A stretch of DNA of 64,000 bases, taken from positions 34,314-98,313 of the IMG/VR virus record IMGVR_UViG_3300042446_001732, one strand, 5' to 3'. Origin of the DNA: a virus. The notes below the pieces were generated by a model. The model was given only the letters and a program-made list of their open reading frames with translations. It made no database searches and had not been told where the DNA came from. The translations under genes and the position numbers were made by a program. Below, piece after piece: positions 56,709 to 64,000 of the stretch (position 1 is the first letter of the stretch; the number at the start of each line of letters is the position of its first letter).

Positions 56709-57680
56709 TCAAGAAGTCACGCCTTTGATAACAACAAAGTTCAACACAATAGCTTCTGCCAGTGGGCCAGCTGAAAAGTTGGTTATGCTGATTCTACAAC
56801 TGCCAGCAGCAATTGCATCCACGTGAGTGTTGTATGCGCCGGCTGTGGCACCTGAACTGATAGCGGTAAAAACTACATCAGTGGCAGCAATGGTGCTGTT
56901 GGTAAAAGTAAAGCTGACTTCGTCTGCTGCTGCCAATGACGCAGCATTCATGGTGATCTGACCAGACACTTTGTTTAGTGTAACTCCAGTTGCTTTGCTT
57001 GAGGCCTGTGTTACTGTGCCGCCAGCACCTGTGCCATATCCTACACCAGCGGTGTCACTGGTTGACTTGATCGACGAAGCTGAAGTAATTGCATTGGTAA
57101 AAAAGCTCAAGGGACGGTTCAAGTCATACACAGTGATAGTGGTTCCACCATCTGTTGAACTAAACGAAAATTGATATGTGCCAGTTGCAGCAAAAGTAAT
57201 AGTGCCGCCAGCGTAGCCTTGAATGCCAGTTGTGCCCAGAGTCACTGCGGCAGGCAAGGTCAGTGTGTGTGCAGTATTGGTCACATTCACTGCAATTTGC
57301 ACAATGCCAGCACTGCCGCTGGCTGGCCAATTGTTAAAACTTAGGCTGATGGATCCTGAAGTAGAAATAAATTGATATTGTCCAGCACTATAATCGATAG
57401 CAATGGATCCTGATGTTGCTGTGTTTGGAACATATGTGTAACTCACATCCTGTAATTTAACAGCATACATCAAGTTGTCTGCCATGTTGTTGTTCAAGGT
57501 GGTGCCCGACAGTGCAGCCTTCAACACAACCTTGCTTTGTAAGTCGTCTATTTCGCTTTCTGCGTATTGGAAATTGGTTTTGATATTGGTAAAGTTGTCT
57601 CTAAAGCCCTGGGTGTTGTTGGGCACTCCGGCCACTGGATAGTTACCGTCGACGTTGTTTGGGTTGATTTGGCTGGTCAT
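56709..57680 (-). CDS. Virion structural/fibre protein
   Basis: 'YPVAG..N.TQGFRDNF..IK' anchor, Thr/Ser/Gly-rich; late promoter at 57701-57706 and AAGGA RBS. Confidence 0.65.
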   Translation of the reverse strand: MTSQINPNNVDGNYPVAGVPNNTQGFRDNFTNIKTNFQYAESEIDDLQSKVVLKAALSGTTLNNNMADNLMYAVKLQDVSYTYVPNTATSGSIAIDYSAGQYQFISTSGSISLSFNNWPASGSAGIVQIAVNVTNTAHTLTLPAAVTLGTTGIQGYAGGTITFAATGTYQFSFSSTDGGTTITVYDLNRPLSFFTNAITSASSIKSTSDTAGVGYGTGAGGTVTQASSKATGVTLNKVSGQITMNAASLAAADEVSFTFTNSTIAATDVVFTAISSGATAGAYNTHVDAIAAGSCRISITNFSAGPLAEAIVLNFVVIKGVTS

Positions 57681-57748
57681 TTCGTAGTCCTTGTTATAGA
57701 TATTTATTCAGACCCTGAAATAGCTAAATAATCCAAAGGTCCGGAGCA

Positions 57749-57997
57749 ATGCAGAAAAAAACTCGAAGTATTCTAGAAGAATTAGAATCACTGTATGTAG
57801 AACGTGATCAGCGCTTGCTGATTGAAAATCGTGCTACAAACGTGATTGCCAATGCCATACGACTTGTAGAACAAATTGAAGCTGAGTACGATGCTGAAGC
57901 AGCAGAAAATCTCACAAGAAAATTGCTCAATGCCATTCGCACCAAAGACGCAGGCAAGTTCTCGCGTTCAGTAAGGAGAACCCATGCAGATTCATGA
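57749..57997 (+). CDS. Hypothetical late protein
   Basis: TAAATA at 57725, GGAG RBS. Confidence 0.75.
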   Translation: MQKKTRSILEELESLYVERDQRLLIENRATNVIANAIRLVEQIEAEYDAEAAENLTRKLLNAIRTKDAGKFSRSVRRTHADS

Positions 57998-58745
57998 ATT
58001 AACACGTAAACGTCCTGTCAAAGAAGGAGTCCTTGGCGCAGTTGGTACAGCCATTGGCGGCGTGGCGTCACAATTGGCCAACAAAGCCATGGCTTCACAA
58101 GGTATAACTCCAGACACTGGCGGCCAACAAAAAGCTACTGGATCCGGAGCTCAAGACGCAGCAGTTTCAGCCAATGATCCACTGGTCAAAGGTCTAGCAA
58201 CTGCTGCTGCAAAAGAATGGAAACAATCTGTTAGTGAACTAATGCAAACTATGAAAACTCCTGATGGTATGATGGCAACTCGTCCAAGTGAACTACCGCC
58301 AGCCGAGTTAGAAAAAGTGCTGGGAGACATGGTGTCAAGATTGATTGGTAAGCCGTATGAATCTTTAGTCAATAATATAAGTGCAGAGGCACACGACGGA
58401 ACAGGCAAACAATATGCTGCCAAGTTAACCTCCTCTATCAAAAATCAAATTGATGCTATCATAGCACAAGAACAAACAGCTGGCAAACCTGACCCCAACA
58501 AAGAGTCAGTGTTGTGGACCACACTGGCACAGGCAATTGCAGGTGCCAAGAGCGAAATAGAGTTTAGCTCCAGCGGCGGGCAAGGCGTTGCTGCTCGTCC
58601 AGGATTCCTGCCGCCAGCGGCAGAGCAATTGGCAGACAAGATGGGAATTTCAGATCAAACTGTTGCTGCCTTGCAAAATCATATCAAACTCAACGGCGGA
58701 AAAATGACTCCTGCGTTGGCAGCATTGTTAGGTGTGACAAAATGA
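57984..58745 (+). CDS. Putative internal head protein
   Basis: MQIHEL...VKE-G N-terminus followed by a Gly/Ala-rich amphipathic segment. Confidence 0.6.
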   Translation: MQIHELTRKRPVKEGVLGAVGTAIGGVASQLANKAMASQGITPDTGGQQKATGSGAQDAAVSANDPLVKGLATAAAKEWKQSVSELMQTMKTPDGMMATRPSELPPAELEKVLGDMVSRLIGKPYESLVNNISAEAHDGTGKQYAAKLTSSIKNQIDAIIAQEQTAGKPDPNKESVLWTTLAQAIAGAKSEIEFSSSGGQGVAARPGFLPPAAEQLADKMGISDQTVAALQNHIKLNGGKMTPALAALLGVTK

Positions 58746-60676
58746 ATTTAATTGAAGGCGGCAATGTATTCAAAGACAAGATGGGGCTGCCACTGACACA
58801 GCGCATTGAACAAGGTGATATACCTGGCACCGTGCAGTGGTTGGAAACTGTGACAGGTCTAGACTTGACCAGCACACAAGATCCTGCCACAGGTTATCCT
58901 GTGAAATGGCTGGGCAGCACTGGAAAAAAACCGTCGTCGGGAGACCTGGATCTAGCAGTTGATACCAACGAGATATCCAAGGCCGAACTAAAAGTCAAAC
59001 TAGATCAATTTGCCACAAGTCAGGGACAGGATCCAAGAGATTTTGTGCGTATGAGTGGTGAAGCTGTGCATTTTAAAACACCCATACTTGGCGATGCTGA
59101 CAATGGTTTTGTGCAAACAGATTTCATGTTCATGCCCAATGTTGAATGGGGAGCATTCTTTTTGTCCGGCGGTGTTGATTCTGAATACAAAGGCTTGTAC
59201 CGCAACATACTCATGAGTTCAATTGCCAAGAGTCTGGGTCTCAAAGCATCTGCCAAAGGTGTGTCTAGTAGAGTAACAGATCAGTTGATACAGGGCGGAC
59301 TAGATCCTGACTACGCTGCGGAAATTCTACTGGGCAAAGGTAACACTCGAGACAACCTAAAAAATGTTGAAGCTATTTACGCTGCTCTGGCTCGTGATCC
59401 CAAACGTGATGCGAAACTGGAAGACTTCCGCCAATATCTTGCTAGAGACAACCTCAAAGAACCGTCAGCATCAGTTGCTGAAGATGATGTGGGCTTTCTG
59501 GGACGCCTGCGTGACCGCATTGTGAATCGTGGCTACGTTGCTCTAGTAGAAAACAACATGATTGCAGAAGCTGCTGCACCCGGAGTAGGCGGTCGTGCCA
59601 AAGGCATTGAACACCTGGAAGATTATGTTTTTAGAGAAGGTGTAGCTGGCATTATCAAAGCTCTGGAGATAGCCCAACATGCTGCAGAATCTCCAACAAC
59701 TACTACCACTGCCAAGTGGGACGGCAAACCTGCTGTGATATTTGGCCGCAAACCTGCCACAGGTGAGTTTGTGCTCACAGACGGTTCAGGATTTGAAGCC
59801 AAGGGCTACGATGGTCTTGCCACAAGCCCACAAATGATGGCAGATATACAAAGCAACAGATCTGGAGACAGAACTGACTTGATCAACATCTATGCAACAC
59901 TGTTTCCAGTGCTAGAAGCTGCCTTGCCCTCCAACTTCCGCGGTTATGTCAAAGGAGACTTGCTGTATATGCAACGTCCTCCTGTGGTAGCTGGCAACTA
60001 TGTGTTTGAGCCCAACACCATTGAATATCGTATCCCTGTCAAAAGCTCCATGGGTCAGCGCATTGGCAACAGCGACATAGGTGTTGCTATTCATAGCATG
60101 TATGCTGATGTTGGCGACTCACGCCAGCCACTCAGCGGTGTAAAATTCAATGAAGTCCCAGGTCTGCTGCTGGAACGCCCGGCTACTCCCAACACACTAG
60201 AACTAGACGATGGGATTGTAAAACAACTCAATCAAATTGTTCGTACTTACGGATCTAGCATGAAAACTCTGTTTAATCCAGCTGAGCTTCGTACTGCACA
60301 AATCACAGATTTGTTCAAGCTGGCAGTGGATTTTATCAACACCAAAGTGGGTGCGCCCTTGCAGCCTGCCAATCAGTTGGTCATAGAGTTTGGCAACTGG
60401 TTAAAAACCAAAGTAACTCCGCGCAAGTTCAACAACATTGTGGAATATTTGAACAGTCCCAGTAGCAACATTGAGGCCCTGGGCGCAGCGTTTTATGCAT
60501 TTGAACTGCTTCATGCACTCAAGATGCACCTAAAGAATCAAGCAGATGTTGCCAATCCTGGTGGCGAAGGTTGGGTTATGGCCACGCCTGCAGGCTATGG
60601 CAAACTGGTAAGTCGCTTTGATCCAACCGCATTTGCTGCTCAAAATCGAGCTAGAAATAACCCGCAATCCACGTAA
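58742..60676 (+). CDS. Two-domain protein: Pol-beta-type nucleotidyltransferase plus RNA-ligase-like (KxDG) domain
   Basis: LGS.....GDLDL...QTD; KWDG, KGDLLY, EGWV, KLV. Confidence 0.65.
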   Translation: MNLIEGGNVFKDKMGLPLTQRIEQGDIPGTVQWLETVTGLDLTSTQDPATGYPVKWLGSTGKKPSSGDLDLAVDTNEISKAELKVKLDQFATSQGQDPRDFVRMSGEAVHFKTPILGDADNGFVQTDFMFMPNVEWGAFFLSGGVDSEYKGLYRNILMSSIAKSLGLKASAKGVSSRVTDQLIQGGLDPDYAAEILLGKGNTRDNLKNVEAIYAALARDPKRDAKLEDFRQYLARDNLKEPSASVAEDDVGFLGRLRDRIVNRGYVALVENNMIAEAAAPGVGGRAKGIEHLEDYVFREGVAGIIKALEIAQHAAESPTTTTTAKWDGKPAVIFGRKPATGEFVLTDGSGFEAKGYDGLATSPQMMADIQSNRSGDRTDLINIYATLFPVLEAALPSNFRGYVKGDLLYMQRPPVVAGNYVFEPNTIEYRIPVKSSMGQRIGNSDIGVAIHSMYADVGDSRQPLSGVKFNEVPGLLLERPATPNTLELDDGIVKQLNQIVRTYGSSMKTLFNPAELRTAQITDLFKLAVDFINTKVGAPLQPANQLVIEFGNWLKTKVTPRKFNNIVEYLNSPSSNIEALGAAFYAFELLHALKMHLKNQADVANPGGEGWVMATPAGYGKLVSRFDPTAFAAQNRARNNPQST

Positions 60677-60740
60677 TTTTTGTCAGTTTGGTAAATAAAA
60701 GCAGAGTCCAAGTGACTCACTAACTTAAAGGAAATTTATC

Positions 60741-61148
60741 ATGGCAGTATTTACAAAAGTAAACGGAACTACACAACCAGTATTTGCACTGGACGTGGCA
60801 AACGGTTCTATCGCAGGAACAGCTAACGTAGCAGCTCAAGGTCCAGTTCAGATCCAAGGTCCAAAACTTGACTTCTTCACTTTGACAGCTAACGCCGCGT
60901 TGACAAACGCTGGCAACGTTAACGGTTATCTAAACAATGTGTTGACAGCAGTCCAACAAAATGGTACCATTGCAATTTATCAGGCTGGTGCAGCAGCTGG
61001 CGTTATCAACATTGCTATCTACCCAAGTGGCGCTTACACCACAGCTACTCTGGTTGCTGCTGCTCAAACAGCCAACGCCACAGGCGGCCTGAACATTGGT
61101 ATTCCAACTGCCAACGTTAGCGGCTCAGCTACATTTACTAACCTGTAA
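60741..61148 (+). CDS. Abundant small virion protein (decoration-like)
   Basis: Late promoter at 60692, strong AAGGA RBS, Ala/Thr/Asn-rich, own terminator. Confidence 0.6.
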   Translation: MAVFTKVNGTTQPVFALDVANGSIAGTANVAAQGPVQIQGPKLDFFTLTANAALTNAGNVNGYLNNVLTAVQQNGTIAIYQAGAAAGVINIAIYPSGAYTTATLVAAAQTANATGGLNIGIPTANVSGSATFTNL

Positions 61149-61166
61149 TCAGTTTAGACCCACAGC

Positions 61167-61200
61167 AACCCTGGACGTAAAAAATCCAGGGTTTCTTTTT
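61167..61200 (+). terminator. Intrinsic terminator
   Basis: AACCCTGGA...TCCAGGGTT stem plus T tract. Confidence 0.85.
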
Positions 61201-61219
61201 GGCCTTAAATATCTGTCTA

Positions 61220-61663
61220 ATGAGAATACAGTGCCGAACACTTTTTGATTGCAGCTACACAGGCGTTACAGGCAGCTTCCGCACTAGTATGATCCCGTTC
61301 GAAGACAAGTCGGGACAACCAGTACTAGATCTTGCTGACTGGAATCGCAGTAGAAACCAACAACGCAACTGGGAAACTTTGTTGCAAATACTAGGACTCA
61401 AAGCACAACCCACAGACCTGGTATTGCCGGTTCATCGGTCAGGCACCTGGGAGTTTGAATTTGCCATAGAATCTGAAGGCGTGTATCTAGATGGAACTGA
61501 TCCCAACCCACTGGCAGGCCTGCTGCAAGATTGTGACGGCGTGCCAATGCTGACAGGGCTCACTGAAACAGCAGGAGTTGAACGTAGTATTTCTACTCAC
61601 GGCCCTGATCAGAACATTTGGTTTGTGCTACTAAATAATACACTGGAACAACAAAATGGCTGA
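61220..61663 (+). CDS. Hypothetical late protein
   Basis: TAAATA at 61206; 'RNQQRNWET..Q' motif. Confidence 0.7.
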   Translation: MRIQCRTLFDCSYTGVTGSFRTSMIPFEDKSGQPVLDLADWNRSRNQQRNWETLLQILGLKAQPTDLVLPVHRSGTWEFEFAIESEGVYLDGTDPNPLAGLLQDCDGVPMLTGLTETAGVERSISTHGPDQNIWFVLLNNTLEQQNG

Positions 61664-61922
61664 TACCACCGACATTGAAAAGAAAAGTCTTGAAGCACAT
61701 GTGGAATTGTGTGCAGAAAGATACAAAGCATTAGAACTGCAATTTACAGACGTTAAATCAGACATAAATGATCTCAAAATCATGGCTGAGAACACTCATA
61801 AATTAGTGCATAAAATGTCAGAAAACCGCAACAGTCAAGTGATCAACTGGGGTATAGGTATCATTGGAGTATTGCTTGGAGTATGCGGTTGGTTGATAAC
61901 GCAGTATGTCAAAACTTTATGA
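61656..61922 (+). CDS. Coiled-coil protein with C-terminal transmembrane helix
   Basis: LEAHVELCAERY coiled coil; WGIGIIGVLLGVCGWLI. Confidence 0.7.
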   Translation: MADTTDIEKKSLEAHVELCAERYKALELQFTDVKSDINDLKIMAENTHKLVHKMSENRNSQVINWGIGIIGVLLGVCGWLITQYVKTL

Positions 61923-62404
61923 CTAGAGAACAAAAGCTAGAACGTTTTGCCGAACGTGAATTCAAGAGAAATCTTGACAACATGATTGTAAAAGAAAACG
62001 ATGGTAGCTATATTGTGTTTGGCAAGTATCGTGTGGCACAACACCTCTACGGATACATGGTCAGCACTTGGTCAGATGACATACACTGCTTTGACAGCAA
62101 GCGCAATGCTGTGAGCTGGTGTGTGGCAGACAAATTTAATCAACTGACATTGGCCAACACTATTTTGAATCTAGACCGTAGAAAACAAACATTAACAGCT
62201 GATATCCATTGCCGTCAAAGCATAGGCAGACGTAGTCAGTCAACTCACTCTTATGAAATCATAAACATGAAAGTACAGCCCAAACAAATTCTGTTAAATT
62301 CAGTATCATCTGAATTGGAGAAATGTGTAAACTCGGCTAAATATATGCAAATTAGAGGATTCTCAAATGAAACTGCAAGAACTAGCGGCCCCTCAGCCAA
62401 GTAA
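61919..62404 (+). CDS. Hypothetical protein
   Basis: Coupled ORF; start moved to ATG 61919. Confidence 0.65.
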   Translation: MTREQKLERFAEREFKRNLDNMIVKENDGSYIVFGKYRVAQHLYGYMVSTWSDDIHCFDSKRNAVSWCVADKFNQLTLANTILNLDRRKQTLTADIHCRQSIGRRSQSTHSYEIINMKVQPKQILLNSVSSELEKCVNSAKYMQIRGFSNETARTSGPSAK

Positions 62405-63236
62405 ACAAATCGCCAAAGTATTCGAAAGCTACTTTGGTTCACGCATCAGCTTTGACCAACTTAGTCGTCGTCAAACTGCTGGCATGCTTGATCGTGTGCG
62501 TGGCCTACTGGGTGAACACCAGAACACCACAGCTCGCCATCACAGTGAAAAGAACCCCAGTTATCTCAAACTGGTAATGATGGAACAGGCTCTTCGTGGA
62601 CGTCTCAAAGAGATGGATGCACCTGGTGCCAACGGACAAGTTGATCCGGCTGCTGCTGTGGCCAAGGTCAAAGATCCCAAGCTGGCTGCTGCTCTCAAGA
62701 AAAGCACTGCTGGCCAGACACTCAATCCTGATGAACAAAAAATGGTTGCTGGTGCTGCATTGATGCAGGCCGAAAGCTATCGTCGTCGTCAACTGGGACG
62801 TAGACTAACTGAAAGCGAAGTGCAACAAGCACAAGTTGTGTTGGCGGCCCAAGACATGGTTGACAAGATGCAAAGCATGCTGGAAGATGTATCTGAGTTG
62901 CAATTCAAAGAACTGCCAGCCTTGGTTGATTCGATCAAAAATCAAGTTGGCATCGACCAAGCTGCACAATTCAATGGTGACGCAAGTGCTGCGCTGACTG
63001 GATTGATGCAAAATCTGCAGGCTGCCAAGCTACAAATGGATCAAGCTCTGGGTGTGGTCACAGGTACTGCACAAGCACCAGTTGATGCTGCTGCTGACGG
63101 TGCAATGGCCGGCGCCGAAATGGGTGCTGACATGGGTGCTGACCTGGGCGCCGAAATGGGCGCAGCTGATGATGTTGCTGCTGACCCAGAAGCCGAACCA
63201 CCTGCAAGTGCTGGCCTGGGCCGAGCACGTAGATAA
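62367..63236 (+). CDS. Putative prohead core/internal protein
   Basis: MKLQEL N-terminus, LTE-SE site, acidic low-complexity tail; TAAATA at 62338. Confidence 0.6.
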   Translation: MKLQELAAPQPSKQIAKVFESYFGSRISFDQLSRRQTAGMLDRVRGLLGEHQNTTARHHSEKNPSYLKLVMMEQALRGRLKEMDAPGANGQVDPAAAVAKVKDPKLAAALKKSTAGQTLNPDEQKMVAGAALMQAESYRRRQLGRRLTESEVQQAQVVLAAQDMVDKMQSMLEDVSELQFKELPALVDSIKNQVGIDQAAQFNGDASAALTGLMQNLQAAKLQMDQALGVVTGTAQAPVDAAADGAMAGAEMGADMGADLGAEMGAADDVAADPEAEPPASAGLGRARR

Positions 63237-63604
63237 TGAAAATATTTGAAGTCGACGGCGGCCTCTCAGAATTTACTCCCAAGCCTGATCAATTGATGGG
63301 CTTGGTCTCATTTCTTAATGGGCGAGCCGAGGATACCGGTAGCCAAAAACAAATCAGTCAACAGGCATTTATCAGTCTGGCTCAGAGCCTAGACATCAAT
63401 GTCACTGACCAAAACATTGCTGAATTGGTGGGACAGCCCCCACTGAGCAATTTACTAGAACCACTAGCACCAGACTCTCCTCAGGATCCAATTGTGTTCA
63501 AAGGTGGCAAAGCACCTGCACCAGCCACAATGCCAGTTAACAAAGCTCAGAACATTGTGGCTGCTGCTGCCAAAACAGCAATGAAAAAAGATCGCGGCGT
63601 TTAA
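63236..63604 (+). CDS. Hypothetical late protein
   Basis: MKIFE N-terminus; coupled ORF. Confidence 0.65.
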   Translation: MKIFEVDGGLSEFTPKPDQLMGLVSFLNGRAEDTGSQKQISQQAFISLAQSLDINVTDQNIAELVGQPPLSNLLEPLAPDSPQDPIVFKGGKAPAPATMPVNKAQNIVAAAAKTAMKKDRGV

Positions 63605-63616
63605 CACCAAACTACA

Positions 63617-63645
63617 TTGACATTTGTCGTTAAATACCTTATACT
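63617..63645 (+). promoter_or_regulatory. sigma70 promoter with an embedded late motif
   Basis: TTGACA-17-TATACT with TAAATA at 63631 inside the spacer. Confidence 0.7.
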
Positions 63646-63663
63646 TAAACTAAGGAAAATTTT

Positions 63664-64000
63664 ATGGCATATTCAGAAAAAGTTGTTGATCATTACGAGA
63701 ATCCCAGAAATGTGGGCAGTTTCTCCAAAGAGGACACAGATGTGGGCACAGGCATGGTAGGAGCTCCGGCTTGCGGTGATGTAATGAAACTGCAAATCAA
63801 AGTCACGGATGGAATAATCACAGATGCAAGATTTAAAACATACGGTTGCGGCAGCGCGATTGCGTCAAGTTCTCTTGTTACTGAGTGGGTCAAAGGACGT
63901 ACCCTTGAGCAGGCGGAAACGATCAAAAATAGCGAAATTGCTACTGAGCTTGCCCTCCCCCCTGTTAAAATTCATTGTTCAATACTTGCAGAAGATGCCA
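63664..64000 (+). CDS. iscU: Fe-S cluster scaffold IscU (3'-truncated by window edge)
   Basis: Not in the ORF track. Reads MAYSEKVVDHYENPRNVGSF...GAPACGDVMKLQI...FKTYGCGSAIASSS...LPPVKIHCSILAEDA. Confidence 0.97.
   Translation, partial: MAYSEKVVDHYENPRNVGSFSKEDTDVGTGMVGAPACGDVMKLQIKVTDGIITDARFKTYGCGSAIASSSLVTEWVKGRTLEQAETIKNSEIATELALPPVKIHCSILAEDA

Noticed and set aside
63693-63926. 77-aa - strand ORF at the window end
   Set aside because: It is antisense to the clearly recognisable iscU.
1-64000. Stop-codon reassignment as in some large phages
   Set aside because: Core genes are intact under code 11, and TAA, TGA and TAG all end genes at sensible boundaries.

Overview
This is a 64-kb segment of a large lytic T4-like (myovirus) dsDNA phage genome. 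It uses standard genetic code 11, is densely coding and lies mostly on the + strand. Virion and packaging genes: neck/tail-completion genes (gp15 partial, gp14, gp13), a long tail sheath (gp18), tail tube (gp19), gp4, small and large terminase, fibre/adhesin genes and many probable internal head proteins. Replication and recombination genes: gp32, UvsX, UvsY, UvsW, a gp62-like clamp-loader subunit, primase and helicase. Accessory content: an ~11-kb glycan synthesis locus with a complete three-gene UDP-N-acetyl-6-deoxy-L-hexosamine pathway, scattered radical-SAM, SGNH-like and methyltransferase genes, an array of repeated early-promoter cassettes, and a partial proteobacterial-type iscU. The most unusual items are (1) a 189-aa miniature C-family (DnaE) polymerase core, (2) a probably capsid-packaged protein fusing a Pol-beta-type nucleotidyltransferase to an RNA-ligase-like domain, (3) a family of proteins with T4-type capsid-targeting N-termini and repeated xxE cleavage sites, including glycine-zipper modules, (4) a PRMT-like methyltransferase, (5) widespread apparently leaderless transcripts from both sigma70-type and TAAATA late promoters, and (6) a structured gp32 leader. 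No tRNA, rRNA or CRISPR array was recognised. All product calls come from reading motifs by eye, not from database searches.
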